NCBI GenBank assembly: GCA_964234715.1
Contig: OZ174279.1
Reading direction: 5' to 3' (one strand)
DNA length: 64,000 bases
Source: Podarcis melisellensis
Taxonomy: Eukaryota
Numbering within the stretch: the stretch's first letter is position 1; every line of letters begins with the position of its first letter. Of the stretch, positions 1 through 13,300 are shown in pieces. Made by a program: the position numbers and the translations under genes. The notes under the pieces were generated by a model. That model saw only the letters and a program-made list of their open reading frames with translations, searched no databases and was not told the origin of the DNA.

Positions 1-739
1 CGTGTGTGTATACTTTGCTCAGTGTATTTGCAGGAGTAAAGAATAGGAAGCATGACAAACTATTATCAGAGCGCAGATGTTTTTGCTTTCTCATACATGT
101 CTCGTTCAGAGGATGAAGGTGTTTTGGTCTGAAAGATTAAAGCACCACATATCTAGCACATATGTGCATAACAAGATGGAATTCTCTCAAATTATCATGG
201 GGGAAATATATTTAACAAACATTGCATACCATCTGATCATACTATAAAGGAACATGCATGTGAGAGGGCCTGAACCCTCTCCCCTTCACATATTCCCTTA
301 CCCAAAGACACTCTTCTTCCAGCTTGGCTTCAGTACCAGAATAATAGTGAAACTGTGCTTCAAGAGACTGACTATGAGAAGGCAGGCAGAGAATGTGGCT
401 GCACACTGAAGGAGAAGGTCAGTAACGGCTAGCAAGCTGCCTTTCCAGGAAGCTTGGACATCAGGGATAGCTAATGTGCACCATAAGGGCAGATAATAAA
501 TCAAAGTAAGAAGAATAACAAGGTCTGGGATGATGGGGATTTTAGTGCAACAACATCTGGAGGGCACCATGCTGGGTACCCCTACTATATATCATCACTG
601 ATCTACTCATGGAAGAACTCAAAGGCTCTCTAGAACACCATCTGAAAACAACTAGAGAAGGGCATTTTTCTGTAATTCCACGGCTATTACATCTCCATAT
701 GCCAACATTCCTTTATTATGAATAAACATCTGCATAGGA

Positions 740-845
740 CAGTCTTCCTCAATTTGGCATCCTCCAGATGTTCTGGACTACAGTTCTTATCATCCTTGAT
801 AGGTGTTTCCTAAACCTCTGGAGGGCAACAGGTTGGGAGAGGCTG
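740..845. mobile_element. Degraded palindromic hAT-type MITE (related remnants near 525-585, 35860-35990, 55750-55843)
   Basis: CCTCCAGATGTTCTGGACTACA ... TCTGGAGGGCAACAGGTTGGGAGAGGCTG. Confidence 0.55.
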
Positions 846-1255
846 GCGTTAGTCATGTTAAGGTATCTGTTTTGGACTTGGTAACTCTTTCTATATTGCA
901 CAATCGCTTGTGTTAAATTTGTTTAGTACCTGTCAGAATCAAATTAGAAGCCATGTGGTATAGATGTGTTCAAAGAGACATACTGCAGAATGACTACATC
1001 AAAATGAGCTATCTAGTAAAATTTTTATAAGTTTGCCAAACAAGTTCTCAATTGACTGGACATAGTAGGAATTCTTTTTTATGACCTTTGCTCTTCAGTT
1101 CTAATTAGTTGCCTGGTCCAAATTGCTCGCAATGTAAACAATGACTGATAAATCCACATTGGCTTCAAGAATTTATTACATTACAACACAGCTGCCAACT
1201 GTCTAACTGTTTTAATAAAAAGCTATTTTCTAAGGTTTATGTTTTATTGCATGTA

Positions 1256-1523
1256 NNNNNNNNNNNNNNNNNNNNNNNNNNNNNNNNNNNNNNNNNNNNN
1301 NNNNNNNNNNNNNNNNNNNNNNNNNNNNNNNNNNNNNNNNNNNNNNNNNNNNNNNNNNNNNNNNNNNNNNNNNNNNNNNNNNNNNNNNNNNNNNNNNNNN
1401 NNNNNNNNNNNNNNNNNNNNNNNNNNNNNNNNNNNNNNNNNNNNNNNNNNNNNNNNNNNNNNNNNNNNNNNNNNNNNNNNNNNNNNNNNNNNNNNNNNNN
1501 NNNNNNNNNNNNNNNNNNNNNNN
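1256..1523. other. Assembly gap (N run)
   Basis: 268 N. Confidence 1.
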
Positions 1524-4500
1524 GCACATTATTTCTTAATTTTAGTGCATTAGAAAGCATTTGGCCTACACAGTGAACTGTTTGTAGCAGTTATGTGATC
1601 TAACTTGTACATTTATCCATGCAATGCTGGAGGAGAAGAAAGAGTCTCCAGGTTTTATTTTAATTTTTAAAGCACAGTATTTACTTCCTTTCTTCTTTTC
1701 CCTTAAACCTATGTAAAATAATTCCTGGCTGAAACAGAAATTCTGGCATACTGAACAGAAAAGGATGACTCGTATCCATTAATTTTCAGACTATATATTA
1801 GAAACACAAAAGCAGTAGCAATTTAATACTTTAGATACCCTATAGTAAACTCTTCAGTAGGAGGAAGAACTATAGATTGCAAGTCTTGTCAAGCTCCACG
1901 AAAAATTACATTTCAGCAAACTGAAGAAGTAACCAATCTTATACTTCGGTTATGATATCTTCATGACGTGGGTAATAATAATACATGTGCATGAACATAT
2001 GATGGTTGCACATCCAATAAACACACACTCTGGTTACAGGTACACCGAATAAATAGCCTGGGCAGGGCAAAAATCCATTTAAAAAAAAGTTTCTCCTGAC
2101 AAAATGCTTCATTCATTTATACATTTATTTAAAATCCCCCGTTACCTAAACCCTGGAGGAAAGGCAGGATATAAATTCAAACACTACTACTTATAATAAT
2201 CTAATAATCTCTGTATTAATATCACACTACCTAATTCTGTAAAATCCACCACAATGAAAATGGAAGAGTAGGGGGAGGGGTTGAACTGCCATCAATACCA
2301 GTGCAACTAGTGTACCAGTGTACCAGTAACTAGTTGACCAGCAGTCATCAGCAACTAAAGTCCTTCACTGGTCCATGAAATGGAGGCCATTTCATAAAGA
2401 GGAGGCACAGAAGGGCTGGAGCAGCATTTCATTTGGGCAATTTTTCAAAAGCGAGATGATCTAATTTATACCCCTTGGACAAGCACATGGATCACAATAT
2501 AACTATTCACTTCTCAAATATTTCCCTACCTGAATTCCATTAAAATGAGTTTTTAGGATAAAAAAAAGTTATGAAATGCTTTCATTTAAACATGCATTCT
2601 GTGATAAAATACACATATATGAATGCGTTTAAATATGAATTTTCATACAGCTTTTTAAAACAACAACAACCCAGAGTTTAATGTGGAAAAGGGACAGAAT
2701 GTCCTGATGAAATTCATACAGACCCGATAGACTGATCTGTTCTTTCCTGTTTCCACGTAAAAGGTTCCAGTAGGGCTGGATTAGACCCCAGGCAAAGTAC
2801 AGCCTGCCCCCTGACATTGCTGGACCCTAGTCAGGGTACCAGGTATCAGCTTGAACAGCAAAGGGGCAGCAGTAACATCAGTGAGCAGCTACTGGAACTT
2901 TCCACACAATTGGCCCCAATCACAGGCACTGGCCATTGTGGGGAATTTCAAATGGTGTTTCTAAGCAGCCAGGCTGGGCTCCAGAGCCATGGCATTTCCC
3001 TGACCATGCTTCACACAGACTTCTGGCCTGGGTTCATTCCACACCATCTCCAGTGGAAAATGATCTGTCAGCAGGACTTTGAAAGACCTCTAGCTGAAAA
3101 CTTGAAAAGCCACTGCCAAGGCAGTGAGGACAGAACTGTACTAAAGCTGTTGTTCTTATTTAATCACTTTTCACATCACAGCTGCCACAGACTAGGTTGA
3201 CATTTACAATGAACTATCCCCTCACACACACCCATGTTCTCTTTCGTGGTTGGTCAGCACTTGTTCAGATCGCAACAGGACATATGTGACATTAGGATCA
3301 TTTTGCCACAATATTCATTGTTTTATTATTATCTCACACTGAGCAGCCTTTGTCATTTTCTTGTCCATTTCCCAGTTTGGAAAAATATTTCAGTGCCCTT
3401 CATAGACGCTTTTGGTTTTCACCATCCTAAATAATTTTCACCTCACTGCCCATCCCTAGTGCCATCTAAATAGACCAATGATATTATTTTGTAAGACCAG
3501 AGTAGTGGGTCACATCTCAGCACCACAGCAAATGAGACATAATAAATGCATTCATACCACTTTGGCCAGCTGATGAGCCAAGTACATCAACATACCGACC
3601 AATATAAAGGTCATTTCAGATTGTTGTTTTGGCACTGATAACAAGAAAGCAAACACCCATGCTCCATAACATTTTATAGTAAAATCTAAAGAGATTCTGC
3701 TTGAAGCTTCTTGTGCTAAGATTTAAGTCAACAGCAGCGCTCCTTCTATAGTAATTCTCACAAAACATGAGGGAGCTTTATATTCACATCTACTTTTCTT
3801 TAAAATGCAGTTTTCCAGGATTTTTAAAATAAATTTATCAAAAGGAAAGTGATTCCATCTTTCAAAAGCATCAGAATACAATGGTGATTAACTTACCTCT
3901 CTCTAAACCATGTAAAAAATCTTACTCTACATCATTCCATTTTAGCCTTCTAGGGTCAACATTTTGTGAAATATAACACCAAAAAAACAAATTCTAGAGT
4001 GAGCACCAATATATAGATCCTGTACTTTATGTCCACAAATGTACATTCTGATCTTCATTTGAGCTAGTTGATATTTGAAGCAAAATGCCTTTGCAACACT
4101 TACATGCAATTAAAAAAACAACGCAATGGCACAGCAGTCAGTAATGTCCCAACCTCAGCATGTATTTTGCCATTGTAGTGATTCTCAAGATTAGGCTGGA
4201 AGTCTGCAATGCAATTTGTCTTATTGAACTTTCACCAAATAAAATTGTCCCATATCTATCGGCTGTTGACAGCTACCAACAAGATCCAATTATGCTAACC
4301 GCTTCCTGAGATCCAGAAAAGCAAGTCACTGGCTCTTTATGTCCTTGCCACACTTTCACCCACCAAAGTGATTAATTTCAAGATTATTGTGTGCATAACA
4401 GAATGCCACTCAACCTTGGAAAACAATTAAACATTAAAAAAAAAATCCCAAAATTTTAGCTCCATCAAATTAATGCATTGAGAATGAGTTGTTGTTTTTA

Positions 4501-5895
4501 AATGTGCATATCTTGGAGCCAAAAGGAACTGTTTTGGTTTTTTCCTAGCACTTAGTCAAAAGTTATTAGGGGAAAAAAATATGGGTATAAATATTGTCTC
4601 CAAACAGGTGGCCATTTCTCAATTTGTGTTGGATGGCTTACCATTAACAACACTGGAATGCATTGTTGGCCAGCAGGGCATGGAGCACCAGGATGAGATG
4701 AGAGCAAGGTCAAGGCAAAGTGATCTGGCAGCAGCAGGAGTATTTGATTGGCTCCACAGATGTGCTCGTGTCCCCCCACCTTCCTGCCACCCTACTCTAC
4801 CCCACCCTGTCCTGTTAAGAACATGCAGTGCTGTTGTTAGGAGGCCGATGCCACCCTCTCCATCACTCCTGGTGGCTTTTCTCTGCCTTCTAAGGACATG
4901 TCTGAAGCAGCACCAACAGTGAGGGCCACCGTCTTTGCTTCAAAAGCCATTTCTCTCCACAGGGCATTTATTTCACTGCAACACAACTGGTGGGAGGCTG
5001 AAATGTTAGAAAATATTATCATTTCTAATTGTTGGTGTTTTTTTTTAAAGGTATCAAAGTAAATACTAAAATCGACTGAGTTTATTCTCAGGAGTTCACA
5101 GGAGGGAAGAGTTGGTACTGTGAGGAAAAGATCCACCGGGATAAATTTACCAACTAATTCCAAAAAGGCAGACATATTTTAGTCTCTTCCAGTGACCACT
5201 TAACAAACACATTCCAAACAGCTTTTGGAGAAAGCAACCTCCAGTAATTTTAAACAGCCAAGATCTGTAGGAAGGCAGAAGATCATTACAAAGAAGTTGG
5301 ATTATTGCCAAGGTTTTAGGATTAAACACCTATGACTCTGACATAAAAGCAGAATGGGGCTGTTAATGGCTACAAATGGTGTTAATGGCTACAAATGGTG
5401 GGGACCCTGATTCCATGACTCACAGAAATAAAGTAGGAAGTCTAGCTCTTGAGTTTTGTAGAAGCAGGAACATTTAGAGTTTCTATCAGAACCGAATAAG
5501 CTGGTACCATATTTTACGCTGGCTGTTATAGTGCCTATGCTGGTAGGTAGACATATTGTCCTAATGAGATAACACATTTTAATCCCACTCTGTCAATTTC
5601 TGAAAACTGGATAAAGGAGAAGACTCCCTTTAGATAGTAGACTGTGGCTTGCTGGCTTGTGTGATCCTTTACACCAGCAAAAGGAAACAGTGGCTTGTAG
5701 TTTTGTTGTGCAGCACTTAAACTCACAGCAGATACCTTAGACTATTAGGAGGAAGCAACTTGGCCAGATTAAATGAAGGATGGCAGCTTTAAACAAATCT
5801 AGAGGGTTGGTTATGGTTATTGAGAAAAGAGGAAGAGTCACTGTCAGCATCAGTGTTTCCCAAACATCCCCCTCCTCCCACCATGGACCACTGGA

Positions 5896-5898
<3 letters not shown>

Positions 5899-5953
<55 letters not shown>
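5899..5953. repeat. (TC)n microsatellite
   Basis: Direct reading. Confidence 0.97.
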
Positions 5954-5958
<5 letters not shown>

Positions 5959-6174
5959 TCACGAGTTAGGATGCCCAGGTAAGGAGAGAGATACTTATGT
6001 ATTTTTTGCACAATACACAGAACCACTTTAAGCCATCCAGGCCTTGCTCTGGGCCCCTTCTGTGCCCCATATTTGCCCATGTACTAGGAACACCTTCCCT
6101 GCCACCTTCCCAAAGCCTGCCTGATTTTGAGAAGGCAGCGTAAGGGCTCTTGCAATGCTGGCGCAACCCTGGCA

Positions 6175-6407
6175 CAGTGGTACCTCTGGTTACAAATGCT
6201 TCAGGTTACGAGCTCCGCTAACCCGGAAGTAGCTGCCCCTGGTTGCGAACTTTGCCCCAGGATGCGAATGGAAATTGCACACTGCGAATGGAAGGCGCAT
6301 GCGCAGTGGGAGGCCCCATTAGCGAAAGCGTGCCTCAGGATGAGAATGGTTTCAGCTTAAGGACGGACCTCTGGAATGAATTAAGTTCGTAACCAGAGGT
6401 ACCACTG
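6175..6407 (+). mobile_element. Tc1/mariner(pogo)-type MITE
   Basis: TIR CAGTGGTACCTCTGGTTAC / GTAACCAGAGGTACCACTG; TA at right end (CA at left). Confidence 0.85.
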
Positions 6408-7145
6408 TACTGCGTTGGCAGAGACGCCAGGCTTCCTGGCATAGGGGAGCTGGGACCTGGAGAGGTGGTGCCAGGAGAGACAGGGCACAGCTTTTTGCAC
6501 TCCCAAACCTACATGTCCAGACATATGGCAACCCTAGGACTACTTCATAATTTTTCTGTCATAGCAATTCCAATGTACTGCACTAGATGCTGTATGGTTT
6601 TCAATTATATTTTTACAGACATGCTGTGGACCACTAGTGGTCTATAGAACCCCTGATCTAAAAGTCTGAAAGTAGCAGCATCTAAAAAGATGACTTTAAA
6701 GCATTTTAAAGCAGCTTCTAAATACAGACAGATTTTTGACCATGGTGAAGCTGTGCTGAGCTCCAGCACAAATTAAATCATGATTTCAGCCTAATGGTCC
6801 ATGTCGTTGTATTATTTATTTATTTCTAACAGCAGTGTAGTCAAAGGAGGAACGAATAAGGAGAAAAACCACCCCTGCCAAAGATGCCTTTTTAGGCCAG
6901 AAAAAGCAGGAGAATGCTCCCCAGCATCTATAAAAGTTTCCAACTCAGTCTTTGTCACTGAGCTGAAAATCTAAGAGACCTGCTCTTGTGAACTGAGGAT
7001 CATTCTCTTTTATGCTCTCCCCTCTACCTTAACCAAACAGAGCTTTGCCAGAGTCATTTTTGGGTACACTTCCAAGTAAGACCATGACAATCGTAGTTAT
7101 TGGCTGGCTGTAACTTCTGCAATTGTGCTGACCTATCCTTACCAC

Positions 7146-7238
7146 TGCGGGAGGCAGTGGAAGACAGGGGTGCCTGGCATGCTCTGGTCTATGGGGTCAC
7201 GAAGAGTCGGACACGACTAAATGACTAAACAACAACAA
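7146..7238 (+). mobile_element. BovB 3' end (93 bp, severely 5'-truncated)
   Basis: GGGGTCACGAAGAGTCGGACACGACT...(CAA)n; perfect TSD ATCCTTACCAC at 7135-7145 and 7239-7249. Confidence 0.88.
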
Positions 7239-8199
7239 ATCCTTACCACAATTCCCACCTATCATACACTATTCTCCCCCATCCATATATGCCGGCAGCC
7301 ATGGCACTGCTGGTGAAAATAGCTGGAAAGACAGAAAACCTAGGAAGGATACCAGCTGTTCTCTTTTCCTATTGTATACCAGTTTTGCTTTAAGTGTCCT
7401 GATACCTAATTTAAGTGGCACTGATAAAAGCCAGAAGGCTCATACTCAGAAGTCAAACTTCCAAGATGTATATCAGTAACAAAGGACATAAAGAGTTGGA
7501 AAAATGTATATATTTATCTTAGGGCTCAGAACTGTATATTAAGTTTTCTTTTAATGTTCTTAGGCCCATAAACTGATTGCTGCTTAGAAGAAAGAGTCCT
7601 TCTGTTTAGCACATTTTTGCTGCAGTGCCCCGAATGAATCAGCCAGATTTAAAAGCAATAAAGTGCAACATACCCTTTCATACCTTTCCCCCATCCCTTT
7701 TTGTGGCCCTTTCTTGTGAAATAAAAGCAAAGGGTGAAAATGTGGTAATTGTTTTCCAAACCAAGTTCCTGATTTCACAGGGATCATTTCAAGCGACTTC
7801 TCCTGCCTTTATCATTACCTTACAGAATTTTTGTGGTGGAATACTTATAAAATATAAAAGATTATAGGAAAACTATTATGAGCAATACCAGAATCTGCAG
7901 CAGAGACAGGAAAAGTATTTTGTTTTTCTACACTAGTTTGGACTTTCTTGTGGGTTTCCCTAAACCACAAGTGAGGCCCACCCGCTTTGGAATGCCCTCA
8001 CTTTTACGTTATGTAAAAACACAAGGAAGCCCAATTGCACAAGTGGAAATTTTAACACACTCACTGAATCAACAAGGATGCAATCACAGAACAGAAGTCT
8101 ATCATTTTGCCTCCAGTGTATCCATTGGAACAGTGCCTTGTGCATGAATTTTAAACGCAGCTCAAAATATTAATAATATAGGTGACTCTCAACCTATGG

Positions 8200-8347
8200 T
8201 TACAGATAGGTAGCCGTGTTGGTCTGCCATAGTCAAAAAAAAAATAAAATCCTTCTAGTAATTTGAAGAAGTGTGCATGCACACGAAAGCTCATACCAAG
8301 AACTAACTTAGTTGGTCTTTAAGGTGCTACTGGAAGGAATTTTTTTG
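8200..8347 (+). mobile_element. Short Penelope-like element remnant with inverted 5' part and degenerate hammerhead core (8263-8292)
   Basis: TTGAAGA-A-GTGTG-catg-CACAC-GAAAGCTC; internal inverted repeat (TCCTTCTAGTA / TACTGGAAGGA); 13-bp TSD TCTCAAC(C/T)TATGG at 8187-8199 and 8348-8360. Confidence 0.7.
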
Positions 8348-9608
8348 TCTCAACTTATGGGAGCTTACGTTTCAGGGATAGTGCTTTGAGCCAAAGTTGA
8401 GTACAGTCAAAATATATTGGGTTCAATGGCTGGTGGGATTGGCAAAGTTCTGCCCGCCCCCAAATGCCTGCTCCTATTTATTTATATACATATTTATTTA
8501 AATTTTCCAATCGCATTGCTGAATGCACACAAGCTAAATGTGCATAAGTTGTGAGTTACCTGCATGACATAATAAAGTAATAGTGTCTGTAACACAAGGA
8601 AACATTTGAGAAATCTTAACTCCTGACATTGCAAGTCCTTTTTCTGTTTCAGTTTGCCTACAGACTATCCCAGATTGACACTCTGGCATATAATATAGGG
8701 AAGAGAAGCACATCATGCAATCATTTGTGTATTTTCACCTGTGAAATGTTGGGGTGGGGAGTGCTTTTTCAGCAGATAAATTTGTGATTAGCAAAGTGAG
8801 AATAGGAAAATCTATTGGTTTACTCTACAAGAGACCACCCTTCATTCATTTAAAAGCCAAGAGGACAATTATTGTTAATAATAATAACCCAATAGGTTAT
8901 CAAGAGTTCAGAATATACCTCAGCAGGTGAAACATACGAAATGGTGCCCAAGAGCAAGCATAAATGCAAATGTGCATGTGTACTAAGGCAGAGACTTAAC
9001 TTCTAGAGGAGTAGTTCTAGAATTCCCCCTATCTTACACAGCAGACTTGAAAAATTTACAATTGCTGGGGGTCTCAACAGTCTACTTAATGAACTCCCCA
9101 CCCCTACATGTCAAAGCCCATACACAATTCATCCTTGCTTTTCCTCATGGTACAGTCAGTGCTTGCCACATGACAATGATGGAGGCAATTCTGATGCTCA
9201 GAATCATCTATGCTATCAGCAGGGGTACATTGAGGAGAAGGAGAGTTGAACATAACCACAATTATTTATATATTTATTCCTCTTCTCTCAACCCCTCATC
9301 CCCCCCCCCTGTTCATTTGCATTCATTTGCTTCCTTTATGGAAGCAAATTTCACCTCCGAATAAAACTGTTGGTGGTGCAGTAGTGTGAAAACTAGATGG
9401 CAGTGGGAGGAAAGAAGCATACAAGGTCAGCCATCTCTCAGATATGCTAGCACATGTATAGCAATGCATAGGAACCTTATTGTCTGTGAGAGGATGGAGC
9501 ATTCCATCATGGGAGCTACCACCAGCAGTTCTGAAGTGCTTTGCCCCTGACATGAGGGTATGAGAACAGGCCACAGTTGTATTAGTTTCCACATTAGAAG
9601 AGCTTCTC

Positions 9609-10076
9609 TATTATTATTTATACCCCGCCTTTCCGGCTGGGCTTCCCTAGCCACTCTGGGCGGCTTCCAAAAAAATATTAAAATACTGTGATACATCAAA
9701 CATTAAAAGCTTTCCTAAACAGGGCTGCCTTCAGATGTCTTCTAAAAGTCTGGTAGTTGTTCTCTTTGACATCTGATGGGAGGGCGTTCCACAGGGAGGG
9801 CGCCACTACCAAGAAGGCCCTCTGCCTGGTTCCTTGTAACTTGGCTTCTTGCAGTGAGGGAACTCCCAGAAGGCCCTCGGTGCTGGACCTCAGTGTCCGG
9901 GTAGAACAATAGGGGTGGAGACGCTCCTTCAGATATACTGGACCGAGGCCGTTTAGGGCTTTAAAGGTCAACACCAACACTTTGAATTGTGCTCGGAAAC
10001 GTACTGGGAGCCAATGTAGGTCTTTCAAGACCGGTGTTATATGGTATCGGCGGCCGCTCCCAGTCACCAGTCTGGC
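9609..10076 (-). mobile_element. L2/CR1-group LINE 3' fragment (ORF2 C-terminus and 3' UTR)
   Basis: HITPVLKDLHWLPVRFRAQFKVLVLTFKALNGLGPVYL...RAFLVVAPSLWNALP, typical of L2 ORF2 ends; (TAA)n tail. Confidence 0.88.
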
Positions 10077-10197
10077 TAGTAGTTATACTACTATAAACGC
10101 AGAATGCAATCCAGAGGACATTACGTATGCCTGGGGCCCTATTTTATATGAATGCATGCTTTAACCCTTTGAGTGGAAGGATCAGAGTACTATTACT

Positions 10198-10370
10198 CAT
10201 GGAAACCTGCTTAATACTGAGTCAGAACAGTGGTCTATCTAGCTCACTAATGTCTGCACTGACTGGCAGCTCTCTAGAGTTTTGAACAAGAATCTCTCTC
10301 AGCTGGAGTTGCCAGGGACTGTACCAAAGCTGGAGAATTTCCCATGTGCTCTAGTACTAAGCTGCAGTTC
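10198..10370 (-). mobile_element. Squam3-like tRNA-derived SINE, degraded
   Basis: ATACTGAGTCAGAACAGTGGTCTATCTAGCTCA core shared with the 20615 and 41213 copies. Confidence 0.6.
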
Positions 10371-13300
10371 TTCTCTCATGGGAGAAATATAATCATGTTA
10401 ATAGTGATTTGATAAATTCATAATTCTCCGGAACATGTAAAGCCCCTTTGCCTTCAGTATACAAGAGGAAAATCCAATATTTTCTTGAAGCTTTTTGTAC
10501 ACGGGTGCTAAGCCCATGCTCTACCTCTTTTGAGAACTCCACAGTAAAATACACAAAATAGATGCTCTCTCTGTTCTCTGTCTCCACGCCCACCCTGCAG
10601 CTGAACATCCAAGTCCTTCCGGTATTACTGTACAAGCTTTGAACAGAATAAGGGCACAGCTCTAAATAATTATGTCAAAGAAATGACAACTGTGCTCTTT
10701 GCAGGAGTAGGGATGAATAATTACAAGGCTGGGACATAATTAAGCAATTTTGGCTGTCGTATTCTTGAGCTGTCATTTTGATGTGAAGAGCTGTCAGGCC
10801 CAGCAACATGCTTTGCACTGGACAGGCATCTTCCACTTTGATCTACACTTACGCCAGCAAAATGAGGTCATGGTTTGGTCATTAAATGAAGCTTCCTTGT
10901 CTGGCACGATGCCCCTTGCCCAGCCAGGCTTACAAGATTTTTATTTCAAAAAAAATCAAGCATGAGACTACATTCAATATTTTGACATCTCTAAATATAA
11001 ACATCACTGGGTAATGAAGTTCAGATCGCTTTACATGGCGAGACAGAACAGAGCGTCGCAATGTTAAGCTGTTTTCTAATGAATGACTGTATCTTCCCTG
11101 TAACGACAGTCCCATCACAAACAGACTTTAAGCAACAAAAGATGAAATGAAGCAAAGCAGAAGAAAGCAGCATTCTGTTAAGAAAAATAAAAAAAAACTA
11201 GAGGAAGGCAGGGAGTTAGACAAAATTAAATATTTATGATTTCACGAAGATTGGTGATTGCTAGCTCCTTGTGCATTTGAGTAAACATAAGCTAGCTGGA
11301 TGAAAATATCCTGCCTTGAGTCTCATTTCATGTGTTGTTTTCAGAAGGGTAACTAGCTCTCTAAAGATTTTTATGTCAAGCATGAGATGAAAGCAATTCC
11401 CATGGAACTTTCTCCCCCACCCACCCCCACCCTATCGTCCATTGTTTCCTTCTGCTGAATAAGCCGTTTATTTCCAGTTTATCATTATGGAAGAAAGTTA
11501 ACCTCACATTTAGATTTCTCTCTAGAAGAAAAAAAGGTCTGATGGGAGTAGCACAATTCAAAGGAAAGTAATTCCATGTCATATCAGCTAATATTTCCAA
11601 CACCATTCCTTTCCCTTTGGTGACTGTAGTGTGAATCACCCCTCATTGGTGTGTTTAAAATATGTATGTATGTACATACATGCATACATACAGAGAGATT
11701 TATATATGCTGTGGTTAATGTGAATTCAATTAGCAATGTGCATAAACCCCAGTCATTTTACCATCACATGAAGGCACAGAGCAGGTACACACACAATGGT
11801 ACAGTATTATGAACAGGAGATTCCATGCATTGTGCGGCAGCAGTTGTTCATTTATAAAGCATCTTTTTCTAGAAAGACTTCATGTTACTCCATTATTTCT
11901 TCTGGCAATCTCTATCATCAAGGGTTACCTGAGTTGGTTCTCTGGTGCTGCTTCCTGGACAAAGACAGACCCGCTGACACAGCTCCATCCCACCCTTCCC
12001 TTCCTGTGCTTCTTCCGGCAACCAATCAAACCACCCCACCCTAAACCTCTGAGTGACATCTCCGGAGAATCAATGTACCTCAAGGTGGGACCAAAGGCCC
12101 CACCTCTGAGGTAGTGAGTGGTGTCGCCATTGACCAATGGTTCTGTAGGCAGGCGGGAGCATTATGTTGGGCTGGGTTAGGGCTGCGCCTGTCAATGAGG
12201 ACAGTAGGATGGTGGCACTTTATGCTTGTGCCAAAGTCCCACCAGCGCTTTCTGTTCAAGGCACTCAGCCAGTGACAGAAGCTCTTGTAAGCTCAGGAAC
12301 GGGCAGTGGCCAAGAACAGAGGCTGAGGGAGGGGCGGGTGCTATGGAGGTTGAGAGCGTGAACTGTGCACCAGAATCCCATCCACTGACCCCTCTCTTTC
12401 TCTCCTAGCAGAGCTTTTTTCTGGTGGAATGTGCCGGAACACAGCTCCGGGACCTGTTTTCTAGAAAAAAAGGACTGTCTTTAGCTATGGTGCTGAGCAG
12501 ATTACATACATGGGCTGGTAGAGAAGCAGACAGAGTCAAGTGATGCTGTGTTGAGCTGCCCAGATGGTGATATTTGGATCACATGGGGCTCATATACCAG
12601 GGACAAAAGATACCTTGGTTAAAGAAGACTTTGATATGGAAACTTTGGTATAGCATCAAATACTTGTAGGGCACATGACCTATAGCAGATTATAAGTCTT
12701 AATATTGCTCATGCTTCCCCAAAGCCACCTTTTCAGTGAGTGTTTGCACAATTAAAACTTCACGGTGTAAAGAGTTTAAAATGTATGCCTGAGCGTTTGT
12801 ACATACAGATGTTGTACACCAAATTCATTTGCATGGATTCCAATCCCCTCTACTGTTCCTTAGGATAAACCAATATATGGGTAACATATAATAAAGTATA
12901 ATAATAATAATTCTACTGCACACCAAGAAGCATTTGCTCATGACATCCTAAATGTTTACAGAAGGGAATATATTATGCTAGGTAAGACCTAGTAATTCTG
13001 TAGCAAGCAATTTTAGAAAGGCCTATCTCAATGTTAAATTTGTACCTTGCACTAAAGGGATTGGGGAAATAAGTATATGTTTTAGAATAAGATTTAGCGG
13101 ATAACTAATTCAAAAATTATACAGCTTGGGACATGGAACTGAATTACTAGAACAAAGCATCAAGACGTGATACTATCTTCGTGAATTGAAACACCTTGGT
13201 TAAGATAATGGATAGATAACTGAACAATGCAGAATTATAGCCAGAATTATAGCACATTTCTGAATTTTTTTTATTGGGCCAAGACACATGTCTATTTCAA

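Noticed and set aside
1230-1576. ORFs spanning N runs (also 58007-58349 and 63030-63327)
   Set aside because: Open only because of assembly gaps.
5361-5398. Short tandem duplications (19 bp here; 17 bp at 22641-22674; others near 13230, 20950, 25605)
   Set aside because: Two-copy slippage or repair duplications; not arrays and no spacer structure, so not CRISPR-like.
12076-12128. Short hairpin and let-7-like 22-mer TGAGGTAGTGAGTGGTGTCGCC
   Set aside because: The stem is only about 14 bp, the let-7-like sequence begins on the 3' arm with no downstream star complement, and it has several mismatches to let-7; probably chance.
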